Source: Microcoleus sp.
GTDB taxonomy: Bacteria; Cyanobacteriota; Cyanobacteriia; Cyanobacteriales; Microcoleaceae
DNA length: 64,000 nt
Direction: 5' to 3'
NCBI GenBank assembly: GCA_042408215.1
Contig: JAYFMW010000006.1
Location: 160,001 to 224,000, forward strand
Both the position numbers and the translations under genes were made by a program. A model generated the notes under the pieces. The model was given only the letters and a program-made list of their open reading frames with translations, was not told where the DNA came from and did no database searches. This document shows positions 25,145-35,226 of the stretch, piece after piece. How positions within the stretch are numbered: the first letter of the stretch is position 1; each line of letters opens with the position of its first letter.

Positions 25145-26551
25145 TCAATCCTCAGCAGCAGCTTCACCACCAACAACTACATTGCGAATCCGCAAACTAG
25201 GGCCGCCGCAGCCCACAGGTAAACCGCTTTGTCCACCCTTGCCGCAGCCGCCGGATTCATCCCAATGAAAATCGTCGCCGATCGCCTCAATATCGGCTAA
25301 AGTGCTGAAAACATTACCCGAAAGAGTAACATCCCGCACTGGTTCGGCCAATTTGCCATTGCAAATCATCCAAGCTTCGCCGGCACTGAAAGTAAACATT
25401 TCGCCGTTAGTCATGCCGCCCTGCCAATTGCGCGCATAAACACCTTCTTCGATGCCAGAAAATAAGTCAGCAACCGGTGTTGTACCCCGTTCGATCCAAG
25501 TATTGGTCATGCGGACGATCGGCGGATAATGATAATTCAAACAGCGAGCATTCCCAGTAGGCAATTCTCCCAATTTCCCAGCAGTCTCGCGGGAGTGCAG
25601 CCGCCCGACTAAAGCACCATCCTTAATTAACTGAGTAGTAGTAGCCGGAGTGCCTTCATCGTCGTAGAAATAACTGCCGCGGTGTCCCTCTGGTGCCGCA
25701 CCGTCGAAAATTTGCAACTCTTTGGGGCCGAACTGGCGGCCGAGGGTCATAACTTCCAAGATGTCGGGATTTTCGTAGGCCATGTCGGCTTCTGAGAGGT
25801 GTCCGAAGGCTTCGTGGACGAATAATCCGCTGAGAATTGGGTCAATGACGACGGTGTAACTGTTGCCTTGGACGGGGGGTAAGGCTAGGGAGTCTACGGC
25901 TCTCTGGGCGGCGCTGCGAACTTGAAGATCGAGATCGGTTAAGTCTTCGTATGCTTTGCGGGAACCGGTGGTTTCGCGGCCGGTTTGTACGGTTTCCCCG
26001 CTGCGGGCTGTGGCGGCAAAGCGCATTTCCATGTCGGCCCAACCTTGTTCGAGCATTGTGCCTTCGGAGGTGGCGAGGATGATGCGCTGGGTGCTGTCGC
26101 CGTAGCGGACGGAGACGGTGGCGATGCAGGGGTCTATGCTGCGGAGAATGGCGGCGTAGCGATCGCACAATTGCTTTTTCTCGATCAGGGGAACCAGACG
26201 GGGGTCTGTTCCTGTCAGCGGTAGGAAGCAAATGTCCTGTACGGGGCTGACGGTTGCGAGAATTGTTTCTTCCTCGCCGATTAGTTTGGCGGCGGCGATG
26301 GCTTCTTCAATTCTTTCGGCGAGGGTGGAAAGTCGGTTAAAACTGGCAAAGCCCCAGCCGCCTTTGTGACAAGCTCGAACTTGGCCGCCAATGGAGACTC
26401 CTTCGCTGAGGGTTTCAATTTTTTCGCCCCGCAGCAGGATGTCGGTGCCTTCGGCTTCTTCTAGACGAATTGCTAGATAATCTACCTGGTTGCGGTAGCG
26501 TGCCATTAAGTCAGACAGCAGATTTTTGGAGTCAGCGATCGAGGTGGGCAT
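25145..26551 (-). CDS. tldD: TldD/PmbA family metalloprotease
   Basis: HEAFGHLSEAD, RMTNT and CGKGGQ motifs; start placed at MPTSIAD. Confidence 0.9.
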   Translation of the reverse strand: MPTSIADSKNLLSDLMARYRNQVDYLAIRLEEAEGTDILLRGEKIETLSEGVSIGGQVRACHKGGWGFASFNRLSTLAERIEEAIAAAKLIGEEETILATVSPVQDICFLPLTGTDPRLVPLIEKKQLCDRYAAILRSIDPCIATVSVRYGDSTQRIILATSEGTMLEQGWADMEMRFAATARSGETVQTGRETTGSRKAYEDLTDLDLQVRSAAQRAVDSLALPPVQGNSYTVVIDPILSGLFVHEAFGHLSEADMAYENPDILEVMTLGRQFGPKELQIFDGAAPEGHRGSYFYDDEGTPATTTQLIKDGALVGRLHSRETAGKLGELPTGNARCLNYHYPPIVRMTNTWIERGTTPVADLFSGIEEGVYARNWQGGMTNGEMFTFSAGEAWMICNGKLAEPVRDVTLSGNVFSTLADIEAIGDDFHWDESGGCGKGGQSGLPVGCGGPSLRIRNVVVGGEAAAED

Positions 26552-26905
26552 GGGGAAAGCAGGGTGTTTAACTGCATCCATTTTGCACTTTTTCCAGGGC
26601 GATCGGTCTAGTTGATGAAAAATATCGGCCCAAGCGCGGAGATTGCGACTTGTTTGGTACGGTTTGCCAATATCGCGAATTGACAAAGGTAGATATGCTG
26701 TGAGTCAGGAGGAAGGCGCAAGAATTCAGCGGGTTTTTTTAATCCTTTTGCTGCCTGAATCCTAACTCCTAAACTTTCATATTAACAATAAATACTTCAT
26801 TCTTGAGGGATCTGAAAATGGGTTTATATAGCCACCTAAATAAGTAATTAAGACTTGTTTAATTACTAAAACTATTGATTGTCTTCTGTCTTTCTACCGT
26901 GAGTC

Positions 26906-26964
26906 CTTCGACCCTTCGACTACGCTCAGGGTACTGCTATTGGGTCCCTGAGCGTAGTCGAAGG
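26906..26964. repeat. Dispersed hairpin repeat CTTCGACTACGCTCAGGG...CCCTGAGCGTAGTCGAAG
   Basis: Perfect inverted arms; related CTGAGCGAAGC(C)GAAG words near 37191 and 37330. Confidence 0.75.
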
Positions 26965-27097
26965 GTATTCTTCCTTCTTCCTTCTTCCTTCTATCCTTTA
27001 CATCCGTTACATAATCCGTTGCCGAACTTCCTTCTATCCGTTACATCCGTTACATCCGTTACAAAATCCGTTGCCGAACTTCCTTACTTATATAACT

Positions 27098-28714
27098 GTG
27101 AATACTTACTTTTTACCGACAATAAGCGAGATTTTAGCCTCCGAAGGCAGAGAAAATGACCTCAGTCCCTTGGATGGGAGGTTAGCAGGAGAAAATAGTC
27201 GTCATCGGTGTCCAGGGAGCCGTGGGGCTTTCCGGCTGAAAGCGGAACAGGAATGGTATGGGGCGATCGCAACTTTGAATCAAATGCTCGATCGCCAAAA
27301 ACAGGGACAAAAAACAGATATCTTGGGAGCAAATAGTCGATCGACTCTTCCCAATTCCTGTCAGGGATTGGTGTTGTCGGGCCCATCTTCCGTTTTAACA
27401 GACCCCGCTTTAGCTTCCGGGTTGGCCAATTGGATTTTCACCAGTATTCCAGACAATGATGCAGCTTTGTGGTCTTTTCGGGCCAGACAAACTTTAGCTT
27501 TACTCCCGGCTGCTGATGTGCAAATATCAGTGCCTGCTGCTGCGCCTGCGCTGGCTTTGGCGATGGGCGATCCTTTAGCCAACGAGCAGTTTTGTTTGGT
27601 TTTAACGGCTAGTTTTAGCCTGGTGATGGTTTTAGGCGAAAATGCTGTCGGCCTTCCCGCTTTTCTATTTTCTTTCGATCCGCAAGTAGTCGCTTCATCT
27701 TGGGCGGTTTTGCGGCGCAGGGTGACTGACAGCGAAGGTTTGCTGACCAATTCTGACGGCGGTATAAATCTGGCTGTTAGTCAATTAACTAATAATTCTA
27801 CTAAATTAGATGCACTTTTCCAGCAGTTTTCGCCGGTCGAGCCAAATTATAAAATAGTCACGCAGTTCAGCCGCTTGTTGTTGAATAATTTGCCGGTTTG
27901 GAAAGAGGAAACAGGCAGAGTTAAGGATGAAAGAATTGATGATAGTTTGAGGGGAAGGCCTGAAAAGTTACAGGCTAAGAATCTCAACTGTAAATCTCCG
28001 ATTCCTCACGCTACTAAAGAGGTGGAATTGTTGCAGGCGATCGCCCACGAAGTCCGTACTCCTTTGGCTACTATCCGCACTCTGACTCGACTGCTGCTGA
28101 AACGCCCGAAACTCGATGCGGTGGTCATCAAGCGTTTGGAAATGATTGATGCTGAGTGTACCGCTCAGATCGATCGCTTCGGCTTAATTTTCCGGGCCGT
28201 AGAAATGGAAATGTCCCAAGCGAAAAATTCCGCTGTACAGCTAACAGCAATGTCCCTCGGTGAAGTGCTGCTTCATAGCATTCCGCGCTGGCAAAAACAG
28301 GCCTGTCAGCGGAATCATACTTTGGAAGTAATTGTCCCGAAAAAGTTGCCGGCGGTTGTCAGCGATCCGACTATGTTAGATCAGGTTTTAACTGGTTTGA
28401 TTGAGAATTTTACTCGGACTTTGCCGGCGGGGAGTCACATTAAAGTGGGGGTGACTTTGGCGGGCGATCAGTTAAAGTTGCAGTTGGAATCGGAACATTT
28501 ATCTGAAGGTAATGGCCAATCGACTTTCGCAGCTAATACTAATGCTCCTTTGCGATCGATCGGACCTTTATTGATGGTGCAACCGGAGACAGGAAGTTTG
28601 AGTTTAAGTTTGAGCGTGACTAAGAATTTATTTCGGGCGGCTGGGGGAAAGTTGGTGATTCGTCAGCGGCCTGAAAAGGGTGAGGTGATGACGGTGTTTT
28701 TGCCCCTTCAGTAG
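27098..28714 (+). CDS. Sensor histidine kinase with atypical HATPase domain (resembles the conserved cyanobacterial Hik34 type)
   Basis: IAHEVRTPLATIR H-box and LDQVLTGLIEN N-box; canonical DxGxG missing; probable GTG start at 27098. Confidence 0.8.
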   Translation: MNTYFLPTISEILASEGRENDLSPLDGRLAGENSRHRCPGSRGAFRLKAEQEWYGAIATLNQMLDRQKQGQKTDILGANSRSTLPNSCQGLVLSGPSSVLTDPALASGLANWIFTSIPDNDAALWSFRARQTLALLPAADVQISVPAAAPALALAMGDPLANEQFCLVLTASFSLVMVLGENAVGLPAFLFSFDPQVVASSWAVLRRRVTDSEGLLTNSDGGINLAVSQLTNNSTKLDALFQQFSPVEPNYKIVTQFSRLLLNNLPVWKEETGRVKDERIDDSLRGRPEKLQAKNLNCKSPIPHATKEVELLQAIAHEVRTPLATIRTLTRLLLKRPKLDAVVIKRLEMIDAECTAQIDRFGLIFRAVEMEMSQAKNSAVQLTAMSLGEVLLHSIPRWQKQACQRNHTLEVIVPKKLPAVVSDPTMLDQVLTGLIENFTRTLPAGSHIKVGVTLAGDQLKLQLESEHLSEGNGQSTFAANTNAPLRSIGPLLMVQPETGSLSLSLSVTKNLFRAAGGKLVIRQRPEKGEVMTVFLPLQ

Positions 28715-29057
28715 TTATTAGGTTCCGGGGCGGGTTTTACCAACCATAACAGCCCAAAATAAACATCTCATAAACCGCCCCCCCAAGCCCAAAAATCGGT
28801 TCCGGGGCGGGTTTTACCAACCATAACAGCCCAAAATAAACAATCTCATAAACCCGCCCTGGGCCGGGGGGATTCTTCTTCGCAACAGACAGGTAAATAT
28901 AGACTTTGAAAACACGCCCTAGACTGTTAACAAGTAATGAACCCGAAAGGTATTTCTGGGCATAGCTTTTGGAGCTTTGCAGCCAGGCCAGAAATTTTTA
29001 CGGGTTCAACTTTCAGCCGCCGATCGGACTTTCTGAGACTACTGCTGTCGATCGAGA

Positions 29058-30072
29058 TCAAGCATTCGGAAAAACTTCCGCTGAAAACATACGGCGCAGA
29101 ATCTCATAGAAGGGTTCACAATACTTTGCTTGTTCAGGTGACAGACAAGCACAAATTTCCTTCCGCAGTAAGTGAGTCATTTGGCTGACAAGTTCCCAGC
29201 TAACATTTAGTTTGGGGTAAATCATCACGCACAGCGGAAACAGTTCCGTCTCTAGGGCGTGCAGATTGCGTTCGAGCAGACATACCCACATATACACTTG
29301 GAACATCTCGACATCGCGGATACTAGATGTGCGGATATGTGGACTGTTGAGAGGCCCAGAATGACAACGATAGCGTGGATATAGTTGATTTACGCGATCG
29401 ACTACCCGTTCAGAAATCTTGGTCATCACCGGAATCAGCACCCGTACAGATTGCAGTGCTATCGAATCCAATGGATACTTCGCCGCGGCTTGGTAGGCGC
29501 GTTGCAGAGGGCATATACAGATGATCGTCGAGAATCTTGACATAGTTAAGAAAGTTCTCCTGCTCGCCTTCGGGAAGCAAGTCCATCAACTGCATTCCAG
29601 TGTAGTGATACTGCATGGCCACAAAGCCCAGGACGCGGGGATCAATTGCTGTGACTTGCTTTCGGACTTCCCCGAGGACTGGGCTAACTTTGTTGACAAT
29701 ACTATAGGGTGGTAGTTGCTGAGCATAGGCTTCGATCGCAAACTTGTAGACTTTATGAATGCCGCCAGAAATCTGCCAGGGATCAATGAGATCGCCATCA
29801 ATTCCGTGATTAACTAACTCTTTAGCCAGAAAATCATCGGTTCTAGTCCAGGATTTTGCGCTCACAGAACGCAGCGAATCTAACATTTTTTTTGCCATTC
29901 CGGCCCGGCGTCGTTCGACAAACTGATCGTCCACACCAGCCGCCACACCGCCTTTCATCTGCTCCATATATTTTTGGGCAAAGGAAACAGATAAGTCTAC
30001 CGAAGGTGACAGAGGATCAAATGATGTGGAGTCAACCAAAAAGGGATAATTAGTCATGGATCTAGTGTTCAC
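29058..30072 (-). pseudogene. Cyanobacterial hypothetical protein split by a +1 frameshift near 29510 (real lesion or sequencing error)
   Basis: ORFs 29410..30072 and 29058..29543 join as ILDDHLYMP-LQRAYQAAA if one C is removed from ATGCCCTCTG. Confidence 0.75.
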
Positions 30073-30354
30073 TGCGAAGAGTTTGATAATGATGGTTTGT
30101 TGGTTACATCTGTGATTTATGCGATCGATTATAATGATGTAAGTACCTGAGTGGATGTGATCTAGAATTTGATATCGAGTGATTTAGATCGTAGCGATCG
30201 CTATTCTTTGTAAAAGTGTTCTATATAATTATAATGGTGCCCGTCAGATTGTATCTAAGTCTAATGACTGATTTGTTATGTATTGAATATTATTTGTTGG
30301 GTGTTATTGGTTATTTTTATTACTTGTCAATAACCAATAACCAATAACCAATAA

Positions 30355-31860
30355 TTAACGGCTAACCCGATTCATTCTTTCTTTCAGGGCATTTCGGGCT
30401 TGTTCTCGATCGTCAAAATGGACTTTTTCAGTGCCCAAAATCTGATAATCTTCGTGTCCCTTTCCTGCGATCAGCACGCCATCTCCGGGTTTAGCTTCCA
30501 TAATCGCAGTGCGAATTGCGGTAGCTCGATCGCACAGGACGATCGGCTTGACTTCCGGCCCAATTCCTGCTAGGACATCCTCCAAAATCCGCTCAGGAAC
30601 TTCAGTGCGCGGATTGTCGGAAGTAACAACAGCTAAATCGGCCAATTCTGCCACGATTTTACCCATGATTGGGCGTTTCGTGCGATCGCGATCCCCACCG
30701 CAACCAAACACACAAATCATCTGACCCGGAATAAACGGCCGCGACGCCTTCAACAAGTTTTCCAAACTGTCAGGAGTGTGCGCGTAATCCACAATTACAC
30801 TAATATCTTGGTCAGGACTAATTTGCACCCGTTCCATCCGTCCCGGAACTCCCGAAAACTCCGATAATTTGTCCACAATTGCCGACAAATCCAAACCTAA
30901 CTCCAAAGCAGCACCGACAGCAGCCAGCATATTTGATAAATTGAACTGACCGACTAAAGGCAAAGCAAAAGCAGTTTTTCCCTTGGGAGTATGCAAGATT
31001 CCTTTAACTCCATTGGGCTGATATTGTAAATCATCAGCATACAAATCTGCGGTTTTATCGCTAGTGCTGTAACTCCAAACTTGCTCAGAATTGAGACTTT
31101 CAACTATCCGCCGTCCGTAGGCATCGTCAATATTAACGACCGCCCGACCTTGGAGATAATTGGGACTAAATAACAGCGCTTTCGCATTAAAGTAATCTTC
31201 CATATCCCTATGGAAATCAAGATGGTCTTGAGTCAAATTTGTAAACACTGCAACTTCAAAAGCACAGCCCAAAACTCGCTGCTGTACCAAAGCATGAGAA
31301 CTGACTTCCATCACAGCATATTTGCATCCAGCCGCTACAGATTCTGCTAATTCTTTTTGCAGTTCTACAGCAAAAGGTGTGGTATAAAGTGCGGTTTTTT
31401 CGTAGCCCGGCCAGCGCGTATAAAGCGTGCCGAAAATAGCGGCAGGCCACTGCATTTGATTGAGCAAAAATTCAATTAAATGAGTAGTTGTAGTTTTGCC
31501 GTTGGTGCCGGTAACGCCGACAAGTTTTAATTTGCTGGCTGGATTGCCATAAAATGCGGTTGCTATTTGAGCGCAAACTTGGGCCATATCCGTCGCTGGA
31601 ATGACGCAAGTACCCCCCTCTTGGGAAGGGGTTTTTTGGGCTGCTTGGGTGGAAATTATGGCGGCTACAGCACCAGATTCGATCGCACTTTGCCAAAAAT
31701 CTCCCCCATCTACCCGCGTTCCCGGCATTCCCAAAAATAAATCCCCCGATTGACAAGCATGGGAATTAGTCGATAAACCCTTGACTTCAGCGTCGAGGGC
31801 GGGATGTTTGGCATCAAAGGAAATGCTGGGAACCGCTGCTAATAATTCTCTCAATTTCAT
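30355..31860 (-). CDS. murE: UDP-N-acetylmuramoyl-tripeptide synthetase
   Basis: GVTGTNGKTT, MEVSSH, NLTQDHLDFH, DYAHTPD, DNPR, AGKGHE. Confidence 0.97.
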   Translation of the reverse strand: MKLRELLAAVPSISFDAKHPALDAEVKGLSTNSHACQSGDLFLGMPGTRVDGGDFWQSAIESGAVAAIISTQAAQKTPSQEGGTCVIPATDMAQVCAQIATAFYGNPASKLKLVGVTGTNGKTTTTHLIEFLLNQMQWPAAIFGTLYTRWPGYEKTALYTTPFAVELQKELAESVAAGCKYAVMEVSSHALVQQRVLGCAFEVAVFTNLTQDHLDFHRDMEDYFNAKALLFSPNYLQGRAVVNIDDAYGRRIVESLNSEQVWSYSTSDKTADLYADDLQYQPNGVKGILHTPKGKTAFALPLVGQFNLSNMLAAVGAALELGLDLSAIVDKLSEFSGVPGRMERVQISPDQDISVIVDYAHTPDSLENLLKASRPFIPGQMICVFGCGGDRDRTKRPIMGKIVAELADLAVVTSDNPRTEVPERILEDVLAGIGPEVKPIVLCDRATAIRTAIMEAKPGDGVLIAGKGHEDYQILGTEKVHFDDREQARNALKERMNRVSR

Positions 31861-31891
31861 CTGAAAAACTCCTCACTTGGATGTCTTGAAT

Positions 31892-32200
31892 CTATTCTGA
31901 CTGATCTGTTTGCAAATATTTCTGTAACAGTTGCTTCAATTGAGCGACTGTGCAGCGGGGAGAAGGGCGGGGCAACAATTCTTCAGGGGAGAATACAGCA
32001 TCGCCGGCAGAATTTATGCCCTCTTGTTGCACTTTAGACAAAACTGGCACTTCGTACTGGTAAGCTTGAAACCAGTCATCGCGATCGGTAATGTCTCGTA
32101 CTTCTAGTTGAAATTTGAGGCTTTCAATCTGTTCGAGTTTTTCTTGCAGCCCTTCGCACAGGTGGCATCCGGGTTTGCTGTACAAAATCAATCGTATCAT
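31892..32200 (-). CDS. Glutaredoxin-like protein (DUF836 type)
   Basis: LYSKPGCHLCEGL CxxC and YQYEVPVL. Confidence 0.85.
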   Translation of the reverse strand: MIRLILYSKPGCHLCEGLQEKLEQIESLKFQLEVRDITDRDDWFQAYQYEVPVLSKVQQEGINSAGDAVFSPEELLPRPSPRCTVAQLKQLLQKYLQTDQSE

Positions 32201-32402
32201 CTGGTAAAATTACACTCGATATTCAATGCTCAAACCTGCGATCGTAAGTTAGGGAACCAGACTTTGCAAGAAGCAAGTCATGGCATCATTGACCTCAATG
32301 CGCGATCGATGTTATCTTAGCATTGACGGCGAACCAATGACTGCGCTTTGCCGTCCAAACGCAACTACAAGCCCATCAAACCATAAACTCTGTCAGCAAA
32401 AA

Positions 32403-33458
32403 ATGCAAATCACCCCTGAAGTCTCTTGCAGAATTAAACTATTGCGTCTGCCTCTAATTATTGGCATAGTCACTATTCATTCATCTATAGTTTCTTTGGG
32501 TTCTACTGACAAATTTTTCCAGACTTTTATTGCCGGAACTTGGGGCGGTTCTTGCGTGGCTTTTTTGTTTATTCTTTCAGGATTTTTGTTTTTCAGGAAT
32601 TTTAATTTATCGTTAAATTCTTACTTAGAAAAACTTAAATCTCGGTTTGGGACGCTGCTGGTTCCTTATCTATTTTGGAACTTAGCTTTGTTGGGGATGG
32701 TCTTAATAGTCTTGAACGTACCAGCGACAAGTTCAATTATTCAAGGGCATTACAAGCAATACATCGGAGACTACAGTTTAGCCAATTTTATAGATTGTTT
32801 GACTGGCTACAAAAGCGGCTACCCGATCGCATTTCATTTCTGGTACGTCCGGGACTTAATCACGATGGTAATTCTATCTCCGGTATTTTTACTGGTAGCT
32901 AGAAAGATACCATATATAGGTTTGGCTTTATTTGCCGCGCCTTGGCTGCTGCGATTAGAACTAGGTTTTATTAACATCCAGTGGTTGGGGCCGTTGTTTT
33001 TTTATTTGGGATGTCTCATCGCTGTTAAAAACTTGGATCTAACTTGGCTCGATCGACAAAAAAGTTTGATAATAGGCATATATTTAGCGATGGCTGTAGT
33101 ATTGACAGCAATGGAAACGGCAGACATTCAAACTTTCAAACACCTGTTTGAATGCTGCACGAGAGTCGTAGGTACGGCGGCTATTTGGTGCGCTTCCGAT
33201 TTGGTAGCTGGGAAGCTGCAAAAGCTGCTGTTAAATCTTTCGGGATTAGCATTTTTTGTTTATGCAGCCCACGAACCAACGGTAACAGTTTTGAAAGAAG
33301 TTTTTGACAAATTGTCAAAGCCTTCAAATTCGATAACTGTGATAATCTACTATTTATTGATAGCGACACTTGCCACTTTAGTAACCCTGGCGGTGGGTAC
33401 GATTTTGCAAAGGTATGCACCTAAGTTTTTCCAATTAATTACAGGTGCAAGGGGATAA
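32403..33458 (+). CDS. Acyltransferase-3 family membrane O-acyltransferase
   Basis: FLFILSGFLF, KSRFGTLLVPYLFW, HFWYVRDL, FFVYAAH; multi-pass hydrophobic. Confidence 0.85.
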   Translation: MQITPEVSCRIKLLRLPLIIGIVTIHSSIVSLGSTDKFFQTFIAGTWGGSCVAFLFILSGFLFFRNFNLSLNSYLEKLKSRFGTLLVPYLFWNLALLGMVLIVLNVPATSSIIQGHYKQYIGDYSLANFIDCLTGYKSGYPIAFHFWYVRDLITMVILSPVFLLVARKIPYIGLALFAAPWLLRLELGFINIQWLGPLFFYLGCLIAVKNLDLTWLDRQKSLIIGIYLAMAVVLTAMETADIQTFKHLFECCTRVVGTAAIWCASDLVAGKLQKLLLNLSGLAFFVYAAHEPTVTVLKEVFDKLSKPSNSITVIIYYLLIATLATLVTLAVGTILQRYAPKFFQLITGARG

Positions 33459-33550
33459 TCATTCGTTACCCGAAATACCGCCGGGACTTAAGTCCCAGCC
33501 TGCGATTTTGCCCTGCTTGTTAACGCCAATGAATAATGTTGCATCTTTAC

Positions 33551-33579
33551 TTGACTAATGAATCAAAATTTTGTATAAT
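33551..33579 (+). promoter_or_regulatory. Near-consensus sigma70 promoter for the ligase gene
   Basis: TTGACT-N17-TATAAT, followed by GGAGG (33601) and ATG (33610). Confidence 0.7.
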
Positions 33580-33609
33580 GTGAAAATGGCCCTACAAAAA
33601 GGAGGCAGT

Positions 33610-34887
33610 ATGGACTGCACCGAATACGCAGAAACCAAGCGAAAAGCAGCTAAGAAAATCAGCGCTGACATTCGAGAACGCTGGAACAATCGCATTGTCC
33701 AGCGAGAATTACACTTGATGGGTGAAGCGGGTGCCGTCCAATATTTAAGTGATTATGGGCGCGGAATTGGTACGGCAAAAGTGATTAGTTTTGCACTGTG
33801 TGCGGAGTCGGAAGGATACCCGGAAATGGCGATCGGCTTTTGGAAAAGAGCCTTTGAATTAGAAACTGGAGAAAAGCCGATCGCACTCAATGCTCAAAAC
33901 AATTCTACCACCCATCTCGCGACTGCTGCAAAATCAACTTCCGCTGCCAAAAATGAGACTCTGAACAATCCCATAGTTGCCGAATTGCCTCCTCACTTGC
34001 AGCCGGGAAAGATTGTCACAATGCAACCGGTTGACGCGCCAAGTGAACGTTCTTATTACATCGAAAATCCCGATTATTGGGGACAGCCGAAGCGCGACGG
34101 CAATCGAGTAGTTGCGATCGCGACTAAAGACAAAGTATACTACCAATCGCGATCGACTAATCTACGACAACAGCCATCTATTGAAATCGAGGGAGCATTA
34201 ATTGAGACAGCCACTAAAATTGGCACTTTTGTTTTAGACGGCGAATTGTATTACAAAAGCTGTACCGGCAGCGAACACCGCACAGGTGCCCAAGCTGCTA
34301 CAGTTAATATTGAAAGCGGTTTGCCCACAATTCAGCCCAGCGCAATTTATGCCATTTTTAAATCTTTGTTTTTTCAAGGAAATGATTTAACTAAAGTTGC
34401 GGAATCAGCCCGAATTGCAGCGGGAGTTGAAGTTGGCGAAATCCTGGCGAGTTTATCTAAACAATTTGAAGTTTTACCGACATTTTGCACCGCAGCCGAA
34501 AAACTTTTACTGGCAAATCAGCAGGAATCAGAAAATAGAGAAGGCGAAGTTTGGGTTTTGCATAACTGCCGCTATGTGGGCGGTAAAGATGTTAAGAAGT
34601 TCCCGATAGTGAGGACTAAATACTGTCAGGAACTAGACTTGTTTATTGTCGGATTGACTCCGACAAAGGTTGCGGGACGCCCCTTTAGTGCGATCGAAGT
34701 TGCTCAAGAAATTGAGGGCAAATTAGTGCCAGTGGGAACAGTGGGAACGGGGTTTAGCGGGGAGGAAATGCAGGAAATTGCCCGACTCTACGAGGCTAAC
34801 CCTAAAAACGTCAAAATTAAAGTGCGATCGCAGGGTTTGACAGAGAGTGGCAAACTGTGGCACGCACGATTTTTGGAGTTTTGTTGA
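33610..34887 (+). CDS. ATP-dependent DNA ligase-like nucleotidyltransferase with an unrecognised N-terminal domain
   Basis: KRDGNR (motif I), LDGEL (III), EG (IV), OB-fold GTVGTGFS. Confidence 0.8.
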   Translation: MDCTEYAETKRKAAKKISADIRERWNNRIVQRELHLMGEAGAVQYLSDYGRGIGTAKVISFALCAESEGYPEMAIGFWKRAFELETGEKPIALNAQNNSTTHLATAAKSTSAAKNETLNNPIVAELPPHLQPGKIVTMQPVDAPSERSYYIENPDYWGQPKRDGNRVVAIATKDKVYYQSRSTNLRQQPSIEIEGALIETATKIGTFVLDGELYYKSCTGSEHRTGAQAATVNIESGLPTIQPSAIYAIFKSLFFQGNDLTKVAESARIAAGVEVGEILASLSKQFEVLPTFCTAAEKLLLANQQESENREGEVWVLHNCRYVGGKDVKKFPIVRTKYCQELDLFIVGLTPTKVAGRPFSAIEVAQEIEGKLVPVGTVGTGFSGEEMQEIARLYEANPKNVKIKVRSQGLTESGKLWHARFLEFC

Positions 34888-34908
34888 ATTTGTAGGGAAA
34901 CGGCAGTG

Positions 34909-35154
34909 CCCATTGGTGTCAACTTAAGACTAAAACCCTTGATAAATCTCGTTTTTACGCTAAGTCTAGATCCCCCTAAATCCCCCTTAATAAGGGGGAC
35001 TTTGAGAAGATTCTTGTCCCACACCCCCTACTCCCCTACTCCCCTTATTAAGGGGAGTAGGGGTTGAGTAGGGGGCAAGAAGACGGGGGGATCTAGATTT
35101 AACGATCAAACAGCAGATCGGTACTACATTTGATGTTAAGTTGACACTAATGGG
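34909..35154. mobile_element. MITE with CCCATT(G/A)GTGTCAACTTAA termini and a 5-bp target duplication CAGTG, inserted in a REP-like palindrome
   Basis: CAGTG at 34904-34908 and 35155-35159; empty site GTAGGGAAACGG-CAGTG-CCGTTTCCTAC; sister copy at 17563-17773. Confidence 0.85.
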
Positions 35155-35226
35155 CAGTGCCGTTTCCTACCCTGGTATGCAAATATTAACAAATATTATC
35201 AAATACAAAAATTGGAGGAAACATCA

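Noticed and set aside
24653..26551. TldD as the processing protease for the PatX-like peptide
   Set aside because: Only convergent adjacency supports it; TldD is cytoplasmic while the peptide appears exported
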